Source: Candidatus Obscuribacterales bacterium
GTDB taxonomy: Bacteria; Cyanobacteriota; Vampirovibrionia; Obscuribacterales; Obscuribacteraceae
Assembly: GCA_965228855.1 (NCBI GenBank)
Contig: CBDDIJ010000003.1
Span: 3,296,001-3,360,000 of the forward strand
Reading direction: 5' to 3'
DNA length: 64,000 nucleotides
The translations under genes and the position numbers were made by a program. This document shows, piece after piece, positions 48,201 to 56,206 of the stretch (its first letter is position 1; the number at the start of each line of letters is the position of its first letter). Below the pieces are notes generated by a model. The model was not told the DNA's origin, ran no database searches, and saw only the letters and a program-made list of their open reading frames with translations.

Positions 48201-50296
48201 CCGTCGGCCGAGACAAGACCCTCGATGTATATATCGCCACCGAGGACCACGATGTTACCGCCGTTCGAACCTGGGATGCTGCCGGATACATTTGTTTCGC
48301 CGCGGAGAACCACAGAATCGCTCGTGGCGATTTGAATAGTTCCCCCTTCAGCTATTAGATTGCCGGTTTCCACAGAGCCCGTTCCCAACTTGGAGCCGAA
48401 ACTGACGCGGCCCTCTCCGACCCCTTCCGTGTCGAATGTCACTTTGAGTTTTGCGTCGGTATTGACGAGCGATATAAAGCCTGCGCCGCCGGAACCACCT
48501 GTCGCGCTGGCCTGGTCCACGTTAATCGCGCTGGAATCGTTTCCGGCTACGACAGAAATCACACCGTTTGCGCCTGTTCCGGAGCCGTTGGCGGAGATTG
48601 TGCCGACATTTAGCCTTCCGGTGTCGCCATCCTTATTTGAAAGCGCGATGATCGAAATTGAACCGGCGTTGCCGTTGTTTATTGCCGAGGCATCAACTGT
48701 AGATGAGGACAACAAAATATCTCCGCCTGTCGCTGATGCTTTGCCTACTTGAACAAAACCCTGTGTGATCGCTCCACTCGTCGTGTCGGTGGTCGGTAAA
48801 GCACCGTCTAACGCCTTCAAGGTCGCGCCTGCGATTATCGTAATTGTATTTCCGTTGTCGCCGGTGTTGCGAGATTGGATGATTCTTGCGTCGCCGTCGT
48901 CCGTGATGTTTCCGCTTGCCAGAATGGCGATTGCTTCATCGAATTGCAAATTCCCGCCGATTGTTATATCGCCCGCGTTATTGAAAAATGTAGGATCTCC
49001 CGTGATCACGCTCTGTCCGAGAACCAGATTCTCGGTCGATGCACCGATATGAGCGATGCCGGCGGATACTTTGAGTTGTCCGGTCAGATCGCCGACAACG
49101 CCATCAGCACTACCTTCGCCTGCATTGATGATCAATTTATTCGAATAATAATCGCCTCCGGATAAGACAATCGCATCGGCCGCGCCGAAATTGTTGTTGC
49201 CGATTGTGATGTCACCATTAGCGGTGAATGTTCCGCCTTGACCATTGATTGATACCAGTCGCGGCGTGCTGCTCACCTGCAGCTGATCTGCGACATTGAT
49301 ATTGCCAGCAGCGGCACTGATATTTCCATTATTGAAAATAGTTACACTCTGCAGACTCAAATTATTGCCGGCCGTAATCGAAGGAATTGATGCGCCGCCC
49401 GTTTCGACCGTATTATAGATTGCACCACCAGCGGTGAGATTGAGGTTGCCATTACCAGTAATACTGCCGCTGTTGACTATGTCCGTGTTCGAAAACAAGT
49501 TTAAATCGAGTGTGTTTGTGCCTGCATCCAGAGTCGCGATGCTACCAGTTGCCGAGTTGCGAATGTGATTGGCGCTGATCGTCGCAGCCAAAACCGACGG
49601 ATCGTTGGAGCGCACCAAGAGATTTCCCGCGTTGCGCAGGTTGCCCGATAAATTAAGCTGTTGAGCTGAAGTGAAGTCACCGGTGACGGTGACATTCTTT
49701 GGAATGTGCAGACTACTAAGATCTTGGACGGATGCTGCATCGAGTGTGAGGTTGCCACCATCCGCGCTACCGTTTCGACCCAGAGACAAACTTTGTCCGC
49801 CTTCTTGCACAACTTGATAAACTGCGGCGAGTTCTGCAGCAGTCAGCGTGGTGCCACTGTTTACATGAAGCTCTTGTCCGCCGCGTGAGATAGTGACGTT
49901 GCCGCTTAAATTCGTAATCGAATATGAGTCGCGTCTCGATCTCAAGTTCAAGTCCGACGGAAGCTGAGTCAGATCGACTGCTGTAATTCGCCGAGAGGCA
50001 CGGTCGGCGGCTTGCATGTTCTGGAGCGCATGAATCGATCTTGCGGTGTCGAACTGCATGCGGTTTTCCATTCGAAGAATTCGTGCTTCGTGGCGACTTG
50101 CTTTGTCGCTCATTTCAAGAACGCGCTCGTTGCGTTCGCGAACCGGACGCTCATTGTTGAACGCTCTTCGGGTGGCATTCTGTATCGCGCTATCAAAAGA
50201 GCGATCGTGTGCGTGTGCCGCCAGCGATGCCTGCGTCGATAATGCAAGTAATGTCAGAACAGCAAAAGTGTATTCACATCTCTTGTACTTCTTCAT
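45293..50296 (-). CDS. Large secreted Gly-rich repeat protein (hemagglutinin-like N-terminal repeats plus PE_PGRS-like GGxGGx tracts)
   Basis: 1667 aa, Sec signal (ASLA), N.G.I..L.L.A repeats, then about 950 aa of GGNGGAGG blocks alternating with beta-strand spacers. Confidence 0.85.
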   Translation of the reverse strand: MKKYKRCEYTFAVLTLLALSTQASLAAHAHDRSFDSAIQNATRRAFNNERPVRERNERVLEMSDKASRHEARILRMENRMQFDTARSIHALQNMQAADRASRRITAVDLTQLPSDLNLRSRRDSYSITNLSGNVTISRGGQELHVNSGTTLTAAELAAVYQVVQEGGQSLSLGRNGSADGGNLTLDAASVQDLSSLHIPKNVTVTGDFTSAQQLNLSGNLRNAGNLLVRSNDPSVLAATISANHIRNSATGSIATLDAGTNTLDLNLFSNTDIVNSGSITGNGNLNLTAGGAIYNTVETGGASIPSITAGNNLSLQSVTIFNNGNISAAAGNINVADQLQVSSTPRLVSINGQGGTFTANGDITIGNNNFGAADAIVLSGGDYYSNKLIINAGEGSADGVVGDLTGQLKVSAGIAHIGASTENLVLGQSVITGDPTFFNNAGDITIGGNLQFDEAIAILASGNITDDGDARIIQSRNTGDNGNTITIIAGATLKALDGALPTTDTTSGAITQGFVQVGKASATGGDILLSSSTVDASAINNGNAGSISIIALSNKDGDTGRLNVGTISANGSGTGANGVISVVAGNDSSAINVDQASATGGSGGAGFISLVNTDAKLKVTFDTEGVGEGRVSFGSKLGTGSVETGNLIAEGGTIQIATSDSVVLRGETNVSGSIPGSNGGNIVVLGGDIYIEGLVSADGADGADATAPGADGGAGGQGGSISISATESNLTIVNTGGISSAGGNGGAGQDGAVSSGDGNAGGDGGFGGAGGNISVGAVDIIFIDASVGSYGGNGGAAGDGSAGVNFTTGGIGGAGGNGGNGGASGSVFFTSEAGNIGGNQFVSIGGSGGLGGNGGAGGNGTTGNGGAGGAGGAAGSGGDGGFVSLLTDGIGNVEALQIISAAGQAFDGGEGGDGGNSVLAAGGVGGAGGAGGDGGSSRSVSVELERGTITVRAGGVIHSTGTSGGNGGAGGDGGDADNTMDAAAGGNGGAGGAGGDGQTVTLLTSKKAGSISAVGSTQILSYGGQSGSGGNGGDGGNNDSTAAGGAGGNGGNASNGGSNGSINISAVDISFLGDITSTYTTSASGGNGGTGGASLTGSAGRGGDGGSALGASVGGDITVTGAATVLGLVNASGGSAGVGGVGGSGGSLIADGIAGDGGTGGTGGNGALGGTISISALSLLADTIRADGTDGGNGGAGGTGGFANGTTGAAGNGGAGGDSGAQGNGGFILVKTKGKINPDVNITNLLQARAGTGLSTSGSGGVGGGADAQSGGFGGNAGVVGAAGNGGTIQLNSARNINLNSVSVAGGTSGSAGNGGGGGSGGGSGAGGGDGGDGAAGVAGGAGGIVIFSAKAGNISVLNDIILNGGSGSTGGSGGSGGSSITAVVAGAGGSAGNGGNGGIAGQASLTSKKGTPFVDDVLALGGDGGTGGTGGSGGVGTTSGGGGTGSSGAAGGAGGLGGTVDFTAASLSLDDVSVNGGAGGTGGTGGSGGNSVNSFGGAAGAGGNGGQSGSGGSVTATKVKGDMTFGTVDSSGGNGGVGGTGGSGGDSATGTRAEGADGGDGSLAGNGGVIDLGSKGTITVLGFARSAGRNGGTGGTGGSGGGLVVTGGDGGNGGNGGNGGSITTTNVLTNPADVDGGSAGLGGTGGTVGGGTGTNGTAGSNGTSTP

Positions 50297-50535
50297 TTCA
50301 AATCTCCCCGAAAAACCGCTTGCTTGACTTCGCCGTCAAGCCGTCTGCCGCATTCGAGGACTGAAAGAGGCCAAGAATCCGTTTCAGCCGAGTAGCTTAC
50401 ACCAAACAGCGCCAGTTCGATGGTTGCACAACGGCATCTAGAAAAAGATTCACCAGAAATTGATTCAATCTTTCACGAAGCTATCAAGTTCAAATCTGCT
50501 TGATCAGAAGAAACCGCGCAAGGTGATGAACTGAT

Positions 50536-52020
50536 TTAACGTAGCGTCGTAAGCGCGATCTTCATTTCCGCAGCGGTCTGGAATCGCTCCTCTAAACGAT
50601 GCGCGGTCGCGGCCGCCAGAACAGCATCGATGGGTGAATGAGCGAACTCATCTACAGGAGAAACTTCAAGCGGAGCCGGGTCTCGCCCAGCCAGAAGAAA
50701 CCAGAGTGTGCATCCCAGAGAGTACAAATCGCTCTGGGTCGAGGGGCGCCCCTTGATCTGTTCCGGAGGCATGTAGGCATATTTTCCAGCCATTACGCTG
50801 AGTTTAGTGTCATCGACCCGCTGGGCAATCGTAAAGTCTATCAGCTTTATCGTGCCATCCTGACAAAGAATCAGATTGTCCGGCGAGATATCGAGGTGCA
50901 CCATAGGCGGTATCAGGCCATGCAGGTACTCGAGAATTTCGCAAATTTCCACTCCCCACCGGCAGGTGCTGGAAAGACTCGCCGGTCCGTTTTGTTTTAC
51001 CAGCCGCCTGAGGGAATGTCCGTTGACGTGCTCGAGTACTAGATAACCGCGGCGGTCTTCGATGAAGGAGTCTAGAACCCTGACAATGCCGGGGTGTGCA
51101 AGCGATGACAGCATGCTCGCTTCATGATTGAATGTATTTACGTCCTCGCGATCGCCATCGCTGCCTTCCTTTACAGAAAAGACAAACTCTTTTAGCACAA
51201 CGGTCAGTGCAGCCTCTAGAGGCAGGAGGATGCCTTCGGAAAGCGAGTCTACTACTCTAGCCAGATAGATTGTGCCCTGCCCGCCGGACGTCAGTTTTTC
51301 CAGAACTTCTATCGAACCTTGTCTCAGCTTGTCGCCTGAAACAAGCTGTCCTTTCCGCACACGAACCGTAGACCTCGAAAAATAGTCCAACCAGATTGTG
51401 GTATGGCTCGGGCTGCCGTCATTAATACCGGTGTGTTTTCTTGGCAGTGATACCACCACCTGCGGTGCGTACTGTCTTGCTGCGTTCAGCAGATCCAGCG
51501 GTTCGATCCAGGAGAATGCGTTTTCAGCAGTTAGAATATATCCTCGCCGGTCAAATGTTTCAATGCAAATGAAAGGGGATTCGTAGTCTCCCTCAGGGTA
51601 GCTGCAAATTTGAACTATGGTTCCCCAGGGAAGGGAGTAGCCGCCGGAGTTAGGCCGTATCGCTTCACCAACTCTGCCGAGAAGAAGACCTTCTTTGCTC
51701 ACGCCGGCGATCTTGAGTAAAGAGGTATCCTCTCCTTGCAAGCGCCAAACCAACAGGCCTAAGGAACACAACGCGATCCCGACGGCTGCCACGACAGCCA
51801 GGACTGGATGCGCCGACACAAACGCCGCGGCACCGCCCTTGAAGAACCAGAGCGCTAAAGCCGCAGTCGGAATTGTCAAACAAAGGAATAGACCATACTT
51901 TGAATCGTCTGAAGAATTGCCCGCCTCTGGCTTCGGCAAGTTTCTGATCAGGCGAAGCGATGACAGCGTCGTGGTTGCGCGCAGGTCATCATTGCCTGGA
52001 GAGCTGAATGAGGGGGACAT
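50536..52020 (-). CDS. Membrane-anchored Ser/Thr kinase (non-RD: HLD, DFT)
   Basis: Two TMs, SGGQGTIY, VLKE, HLDISPDN, DFTIA, YMPPEQ. Confidence 0.85.
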   Translation of the reverse strand: MSPSFSSPGNDDLRATTTLSSLRLIRNLPKPEAGNSSDDSKYGLFLCLTIPTAALALWFFKGGAAAFVSAHPVLAVVAAVGIALCSLGLLVWRLQGEDTSLLKIAGVSKEGLLLGRVGEAIRPNSGGYSLPWGTIVQICSYPEGDYESPFICIETFDRRGYILTAENAFSWIEPLDLLNAARQYAPQVVVSLPRKHTGINDGSPSHTTIWLDYFSRSTVRVRKGQLVSGDKLRQGSIEVLEKLTSGGQGTIYLARVVDSLSEGILLPLEAALTVVLKEFVFSVKEGSDGDREDVNTFNHEASMLSSLAHPGIVRVLDSFIEDRRGYLVLEHVNGHSLRRLVKQNGPASLSSTCRWGVEICEILEYLHGLIPPMVHLDISPDNLILCQDGTIKLIDFTIAQRVDDTKLSVMAGKYAYMPPEQIKGRPSTQSDLYSLGCTLWFLLAGRDPAPLEVSPVDEFAHSPIDAVLAAATAHRLEERFQTAAEMKIALTTLR

Positions 52021-52071
52021 TATCTACCTGCCAATCTTCCGGTCGACCATTTTCTCGAGTTCAACCATAAC

Positions 52072-53538
52072 TCATCGTATCGAATCAATCATAGGTTTCA
52101 ATCTATTCAAAACTTCTTTGATATCGGGTCGCTCATTCGCCGCGTCCTTTGTGCAGTCACTCAGAAGCACCGACAAAGGTCCGGGCACATTAAGTCCGGC
52201 ATAGTCGGACGGTGACAAATTTTGGAACGGCTCAGGGTCGTGTCCAGTGATGCAATAGTGCAAGGTCTTCGCGAACGAGTAGACATCACTGGCTTGAACA
52301 GGTCGCCCCTTGAATTGTTCGAGCGGCATGTAGGCGGCTTTTCCGATAACAGTTCCAGTGACGGTGGTGAGAAAAAAATTGGCGGCACCAAAATCGATCA
52401 AGGTCAGTTTGCCATCTCGCTCGAGGATGAAATTGTCGGGGGTCAAATCGCGATGCACTACCGGTGGTGACTGACTGTGCAAGTAAGCTATTAGTTCCGC
52501 GATCTCCGACGCAAAGAAAATTGTGGTTGCTGCAGTACACTTCCCGCGGCTCGCTACAACGGTCCTCAGGTTATTCCCCTCGACAAACGGCATCAGGAGA
52601 TAGTGCCGCCCCTCCTCAACGAAGTAGTCGTAAATTTTTACTATCCGGGGATGGTCGAGTTTAGCCAAAAGTTCGGCTTCGCGCTTGAACAATCGCTCGA
52701 TCTCTTTCACAGCCTCAGGCTCGGTAGATTCAGGAACGATCGCTTCTTTCACAATGCACGGGTCGGCGATTGCAGAACCGGCTAGATAGATGGCGGAAAG
52801 GCCACCCGTCGCGATTTCAGTATGGATGCGAATTCTGCCTTCTTGAAGTTGCACTCCTGGACTGAGCGGTACAAACGCCGTTGGTGCATATCGTCTGTTA
52901 TATTCGGAAATCCAGTGATCAGTCGGATTATATTCACCGTCGCCGCGCGGGCTGTCAGGGTTTATCTTGATGGGCAGTTTATCCAATGATGGATAAAATA
53001 AAACATTGCTTCCGAACATCCGGAGGGCTCGAATAAGCATCTCCAACTCTCGCCTTTTGAAACCGTCAAGGCGATACATGAGATTAGTTCGATCGTGGAA
53101 AACAAATTTCATTGCAGTGAGCTGGTCGTCAGCCACATTATTACTCAAAAAAGAAACCTGCTTCAGCTCAGACCACGGACGATGCAAACGGAAGCCGAGA
53201 GTAACCAGCGCTGCACTAGGAAATAGTATGCCATCGTGATTAATTTTGAGTCTTTGCCTGGAAAAGAAAACGGCTGAGGCACACTGAATTCCGATCATGA
53301 AGACGAGCACGCAAACCAGATAATAGAGTTTGAGGAAAAATGTGAGTATAAAAACGATTGTAAAAGACCAGCCGACGATTGTTTCACTGATTGACTTCGA
53401 GCGCGAACGTCCGCCGGTTCCTAAGAGCGCTTCGGACATTTTTGGTCTGTAGTTGATCAGGACGGCTTGTTCCGAGCTGTCGTTGAGGCGTGTTGGGGTG
53501 GTCATGGTCGGAGGAACTGAGGGAAGGGCGAGCACCAA
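52072..53538 (-). CDS. Membrane-anchored Ser/Thr kinase (RD type)
   Basis: TM region, TGGLSAIY, VKE, HRDLTPDN, DFGAAN, YMPLEQ. Confidence 0.9.
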   Translation of the reverse strand: MVLALPSVPPTMTTPTRLNDSSEQAVLINYRPKMSEALLGTGGRSRSKSISETIVGWSFTIVFILTFFLKLYYLVCVLVFMIGIQCASAVFFSRQRLKINHDGILFPSAALVTLGFRLHRPWSELKQVSFLSNNVADDQLTAMKFVFHDRTNLMYRLDGFKRRELEMLIRALRMFGSNVLFYPSLDKLPIKINPDSPRGDGEYNPTDHWISEYNRRYAPTAFVPLSPGVQLQEGRIRIHTEIATGGLSAIYLAGSAIADPCIVKEAIVPESTEPEAVKEIERLFKREAELLAKLDHPRIVKIYDYFVEEGRHYLLMPFVEGNNLRTVVASRGKCTAATTIFFASEIAELIAYLHSQSPPVVHRDLTPDNFILERDGKLTLIDFGAANFFLTTVTGTVIGKAAYMPLEQFKGRPVQASDVYSFAKTLHYCITGHDPEPFQNLSPSDYAGLNVPGPLSVLLSDCTKDAANERPDIKEVLNRLKPMIDSIR

Positions 53539-53811
53539 GAAGCGTTCGGATTATTGGTGTTGCGTGCTAGATTGCGGCTTATGTCGAACTCCGCACTATG
53601 GTAGCAGTTTCAGAGCAGCGCTCGCTGGTTTCAAGTAGACGAAGGATGACGTGAATGAGCAATTCCGCCTGGAAGCTGACTTTACCAGTGGCAATATCTC
53701 AAGCAGCGAACTGTATAACTTCTGGCATGAACACTTCGACAATTATAAGTTAGATGACGTGAAGTCCCGTCCGTGTTGTAATCCCCCTGAGGGCGATAGA
53801 AATTGAATTAG

Positions 53812-54066
53812 CTATCGCATGTCCTTCTTCGGTGGCGTCTCAACGCGTTTCAGGCCAAAATCTTCAGCGTCAACTTCCTTCTTGTTGCTCTTCTGCTCGA
53901 CCGAGCAGTTGCGGGACATTCAAGTCTGAATGCCCATCTTCGGGAGGATCCAAAGTTGCATTGCAAAATACAACACAACGAATCCAAAGAACAAAAATAC
54001 GTTTTCCATCACGTTCACCGTTGTTCGCTTTATTGGTGAGTTAGCATCTGTCGTAGTACGCATCAT
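53812..54066 (-). CDS. Candidate small single-TM selenoprotein (in-frame UGA at 53920-53922), absent from the ORF track
   Basis: GAGGTG RBS; MMRTTTDANSPIKRTTVNVMENVFLFFGFVVLYFAMQLWILPKMGIQT-UGA-MSRNCSVEQKSNKKEVDAEDFGLKRVETPPKKDMR-TAG; SECIS-like hairpin after the UGA. Confidence 0.65.
53893..53919 (-). promoter_or_regulatory. Putative bacterial SECIS element
   Basis: UGA + 11 nt (AUGUCCCGCAA) + stem CUGCUC / loop GGUC / GAGCAG. Confidence 0.6.
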
Positions 54067-54301
54067 ATTCACCTCTGACTTAAGTATAGCTCGAAAAATT
54101 CAATCAGGAACGACCTAGCAATCAGCCGCGGTCGAACTGGTAGAAACGAGTCCAAAGTCGCGGTGGAGTCAGGAAGCGTGCCGGTTCATCAAATAAGCGG
54201 AATGCAGGAAGAGAGTTGCACGCTGCCGGATATCGCGGTTTAATACTAAAGTTAAGCAACCGGACAAATCGCCGGCAGTCATACGGAGTCTCTTCAATCA
54301 G

Positions 54302-56167
54302 ATGGCAACAAATCACCGCAGGTTTCAACTTGCACTAGCTCTGGCGGTCTCATTGCTTATGCCACTGCCCGCGGCGGCAAGTGATGAACAAGAATCCAGC
54401 GCAGATCCTGTTGATACCGGAGTCGTCACAGAATCCGCCAAAGCAGCTGTCGAATCGAAGGCATCAACGAATTTGATGACTGAACCGCCGAAGATACCTG
54501 ACCTGCCGGCACCGGTGCCAGGCGAGGAGAAACTTGTAGAGCGGCTGTCCAAACGCGACTTCGAGACAGCGCAGAAGTTGATTAAGAAACGGTTGAGTAG
54601 GAAAAACACCCGCGCCCAGAAGGCGGAACTGCTAAATCTCCTTGCTTACACTTACTACAGACAGAACAAAACCCGCAGTGCCATAAAAATTTTGGAACAT
54701 CTTTCGGATGACAATACCTCGAAGGAAGGCAAACGCGCAGGTGTTTTGCGAGAGAAGAGGCTAGCCGACATGTACGTTCATCTACCTGATGAACAGAAAG
54801 CAATCGAGATGTACAAGTCTGCACTCGCAAAAGCAAATAAATACGATCGCAACGATTCAATCCGAATATCAATTTTGGAACCGCTTACCGGACTGCTTGT
54901 AGAGAAGAAGGAATTCGAAGAAGCTCAGCCATATGCGGAAGAGCTAACATCACTCTGCACCGCTCGAGTCAAAGCCGGACATATCGCGGAAGTCGTTTCA
55001 CTTTTCTGGGCGCATACACACCTGGCAAGGATTTATAACGAAACCAAAAACTCTGATGCGTCAGCAAAATTTACCCCTCAACTTCTAGCACTGCTCGATC
55101 CTTTACTTACACTATCAGCGAAATACCAGGCGAATTCACTCGAAGAAGATCAAAAGGCATATGTGCGCTTTCAGAACAAGATGCGGGACGAATTCATCGA
55201 AGATAACACGCCCAGGACATTGTCAGAATATCTCTGGCTGAGCTCACAATTCAGAATGCGCGATCTCCCGCTTACAAACTGGACTGCAAGCACCGGAGCG
55301 AAACCTAAAGCTGCTATTCTATGTGTTCACGCATTGGGATTGAGCAACCGGGCTTTCGGTCCCTTAGCGAAGGAGCTGACGAACCGCGGATTCACGGTCT
55401 ACGCGATGGATGTTCGCGGCTTCGGCGCATGGCAACACGAATTCGGAAGCGAGACAGTTCACTTCGAACGAGCTATGGATGATGTCAAATCCATTTTGCA
55501 ACTTATCAAAATGCGCGAGCCAGGCAAGCCGGTTTTTCTACTCGGGGAATCGATGGGCGGAGCAATTGTGCTGAGGGCCGCAAGCGACTATGCCGGCGAG
55601 ATGTCTGGCGTTATATCTTCGGCGCCCTCGGCGAAGCGTTACGGTGAGGCAAAACTTGCAGCGCTTGTTGCCCTTCACTTGTTCAGAAAACCAACCCAGC
55701 CATTCGATATCGGCGAGCAATTGGCTCAACAAGCCACTAGCCAGGAAGATTTACGCGAGATATGGAAACATGACCCGCGAGCGAAGGTCTCCTTAACTCC
55801 TATCGAATTGATCAAGTTCAATAAGTTCATGATCGACACAAGCAAGTCATGCAGCTCGATAGACAATGTGCCGATCATGGTCGTGCAAGGGCAAGCCGAC
55901 AAGTTGGCAAAGCCGCAAGGGACCTATCAGATGTACGATTCTGTTTCCTCAAAAGACAAAGCGATGCTCATTCTAGGCGACGCGGAACACCTTATTTTTG
56001 AACTGCCGAATCAATCAAAAGTTCTGCTCGACGGTGTGACAAGTTGGTTGGATAATCACCTGGCAATGCAAGCGTCGAAGCCTATACCGAAGCCCGTAAC
56101 TTTAGAAAACAAAACCGAGAAGCAAAGCAAGGCTCGAAAAGCAGCGCGAAAAAAGGCTCAGCTTTGA
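54302..56167 (+). CDS. Secreted TPR + alpha/beta hydrolase (lysophospholipase/monoglyceride lipase-like)
   Basis: Signal peptide, TPR-like helices, DVRGFG, GESMGG nucleophile elbow, QGQAD, AEHLIFE. Confidence 0.85.
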   Translation: MATNHRRFQLALALAVSLLMPLPAAASDEQESSADPVDTGVVTESAKAAVESKASTNLMTEPPKIPDLPAPVPGEEKLVERLSKRDFETAQKLIKKRLSRKNTRAQKAELLNLLAYTYYRQNKTRSAIKILEHLSDDNTSKEGKRAGVLREKRLADMYVHLPDEQKAIEMYKSALAKANKYDRNDSIRISILEPLTGLLVEKKEFEEAQPYAEELTSLCTARVKAGHIAEVVSLFWAHTHLARIYNETKNSDASAKFTPQLLALLDPLLTLSAKYQANSLEEDQKAYVRFQNKMRDEFIEDNTPRTLSEYLWLSSQFRMRDLPLTNWTASTGAKPKAAILCVHALGLSNRAFGPLAKELTNRGFTVYAMDVRGFGAWQHEFGSETVHFERAMDDVKSILQLIKMREPGKPVFLLGESMGGAIVLRAASDYAGEMSGVISSAPSAKRYGEAKLAALVALHLFRKPTQPFDIGEQLAQQATSQEDLREIWKHDPRAKVSLTPIELIKFNKFMIDTSKSCSSIDNVPIMVVQGQADKLAKPQGTYQMYDSVSSKDKAMLILGDAEHLIFELPNQSKVLLDGVTSWLDNHLAMQASKPIPKPVTLENKTEKQSKARKAARKKAQL

Positions 56168-56206
56168 TAGATCGCCTTAATACTGCGCATAGTGGCATTA
56201 AACCAC

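Noticed and set aside
45300..49165. Many Pro-rich plus-strand ORFs
   Set aside because: Antisense shadows of the Gly-rich gene's GGN codons
45293..50296. Gly-rich protein as the substrate of the type I exporter
   Set aside because: It has an N-terminal Sec signal, lacks RTX GGxGxD nonapeptide arrays, and lies 31 kb away
50300..50420. Hairpins upstream of the Gly-rich gene as a c-di-GMP riboswitch
   Set aside because: Stems exist (GCTTGAC/GTCAAGC) but the conserved GEMM motifs are not evident
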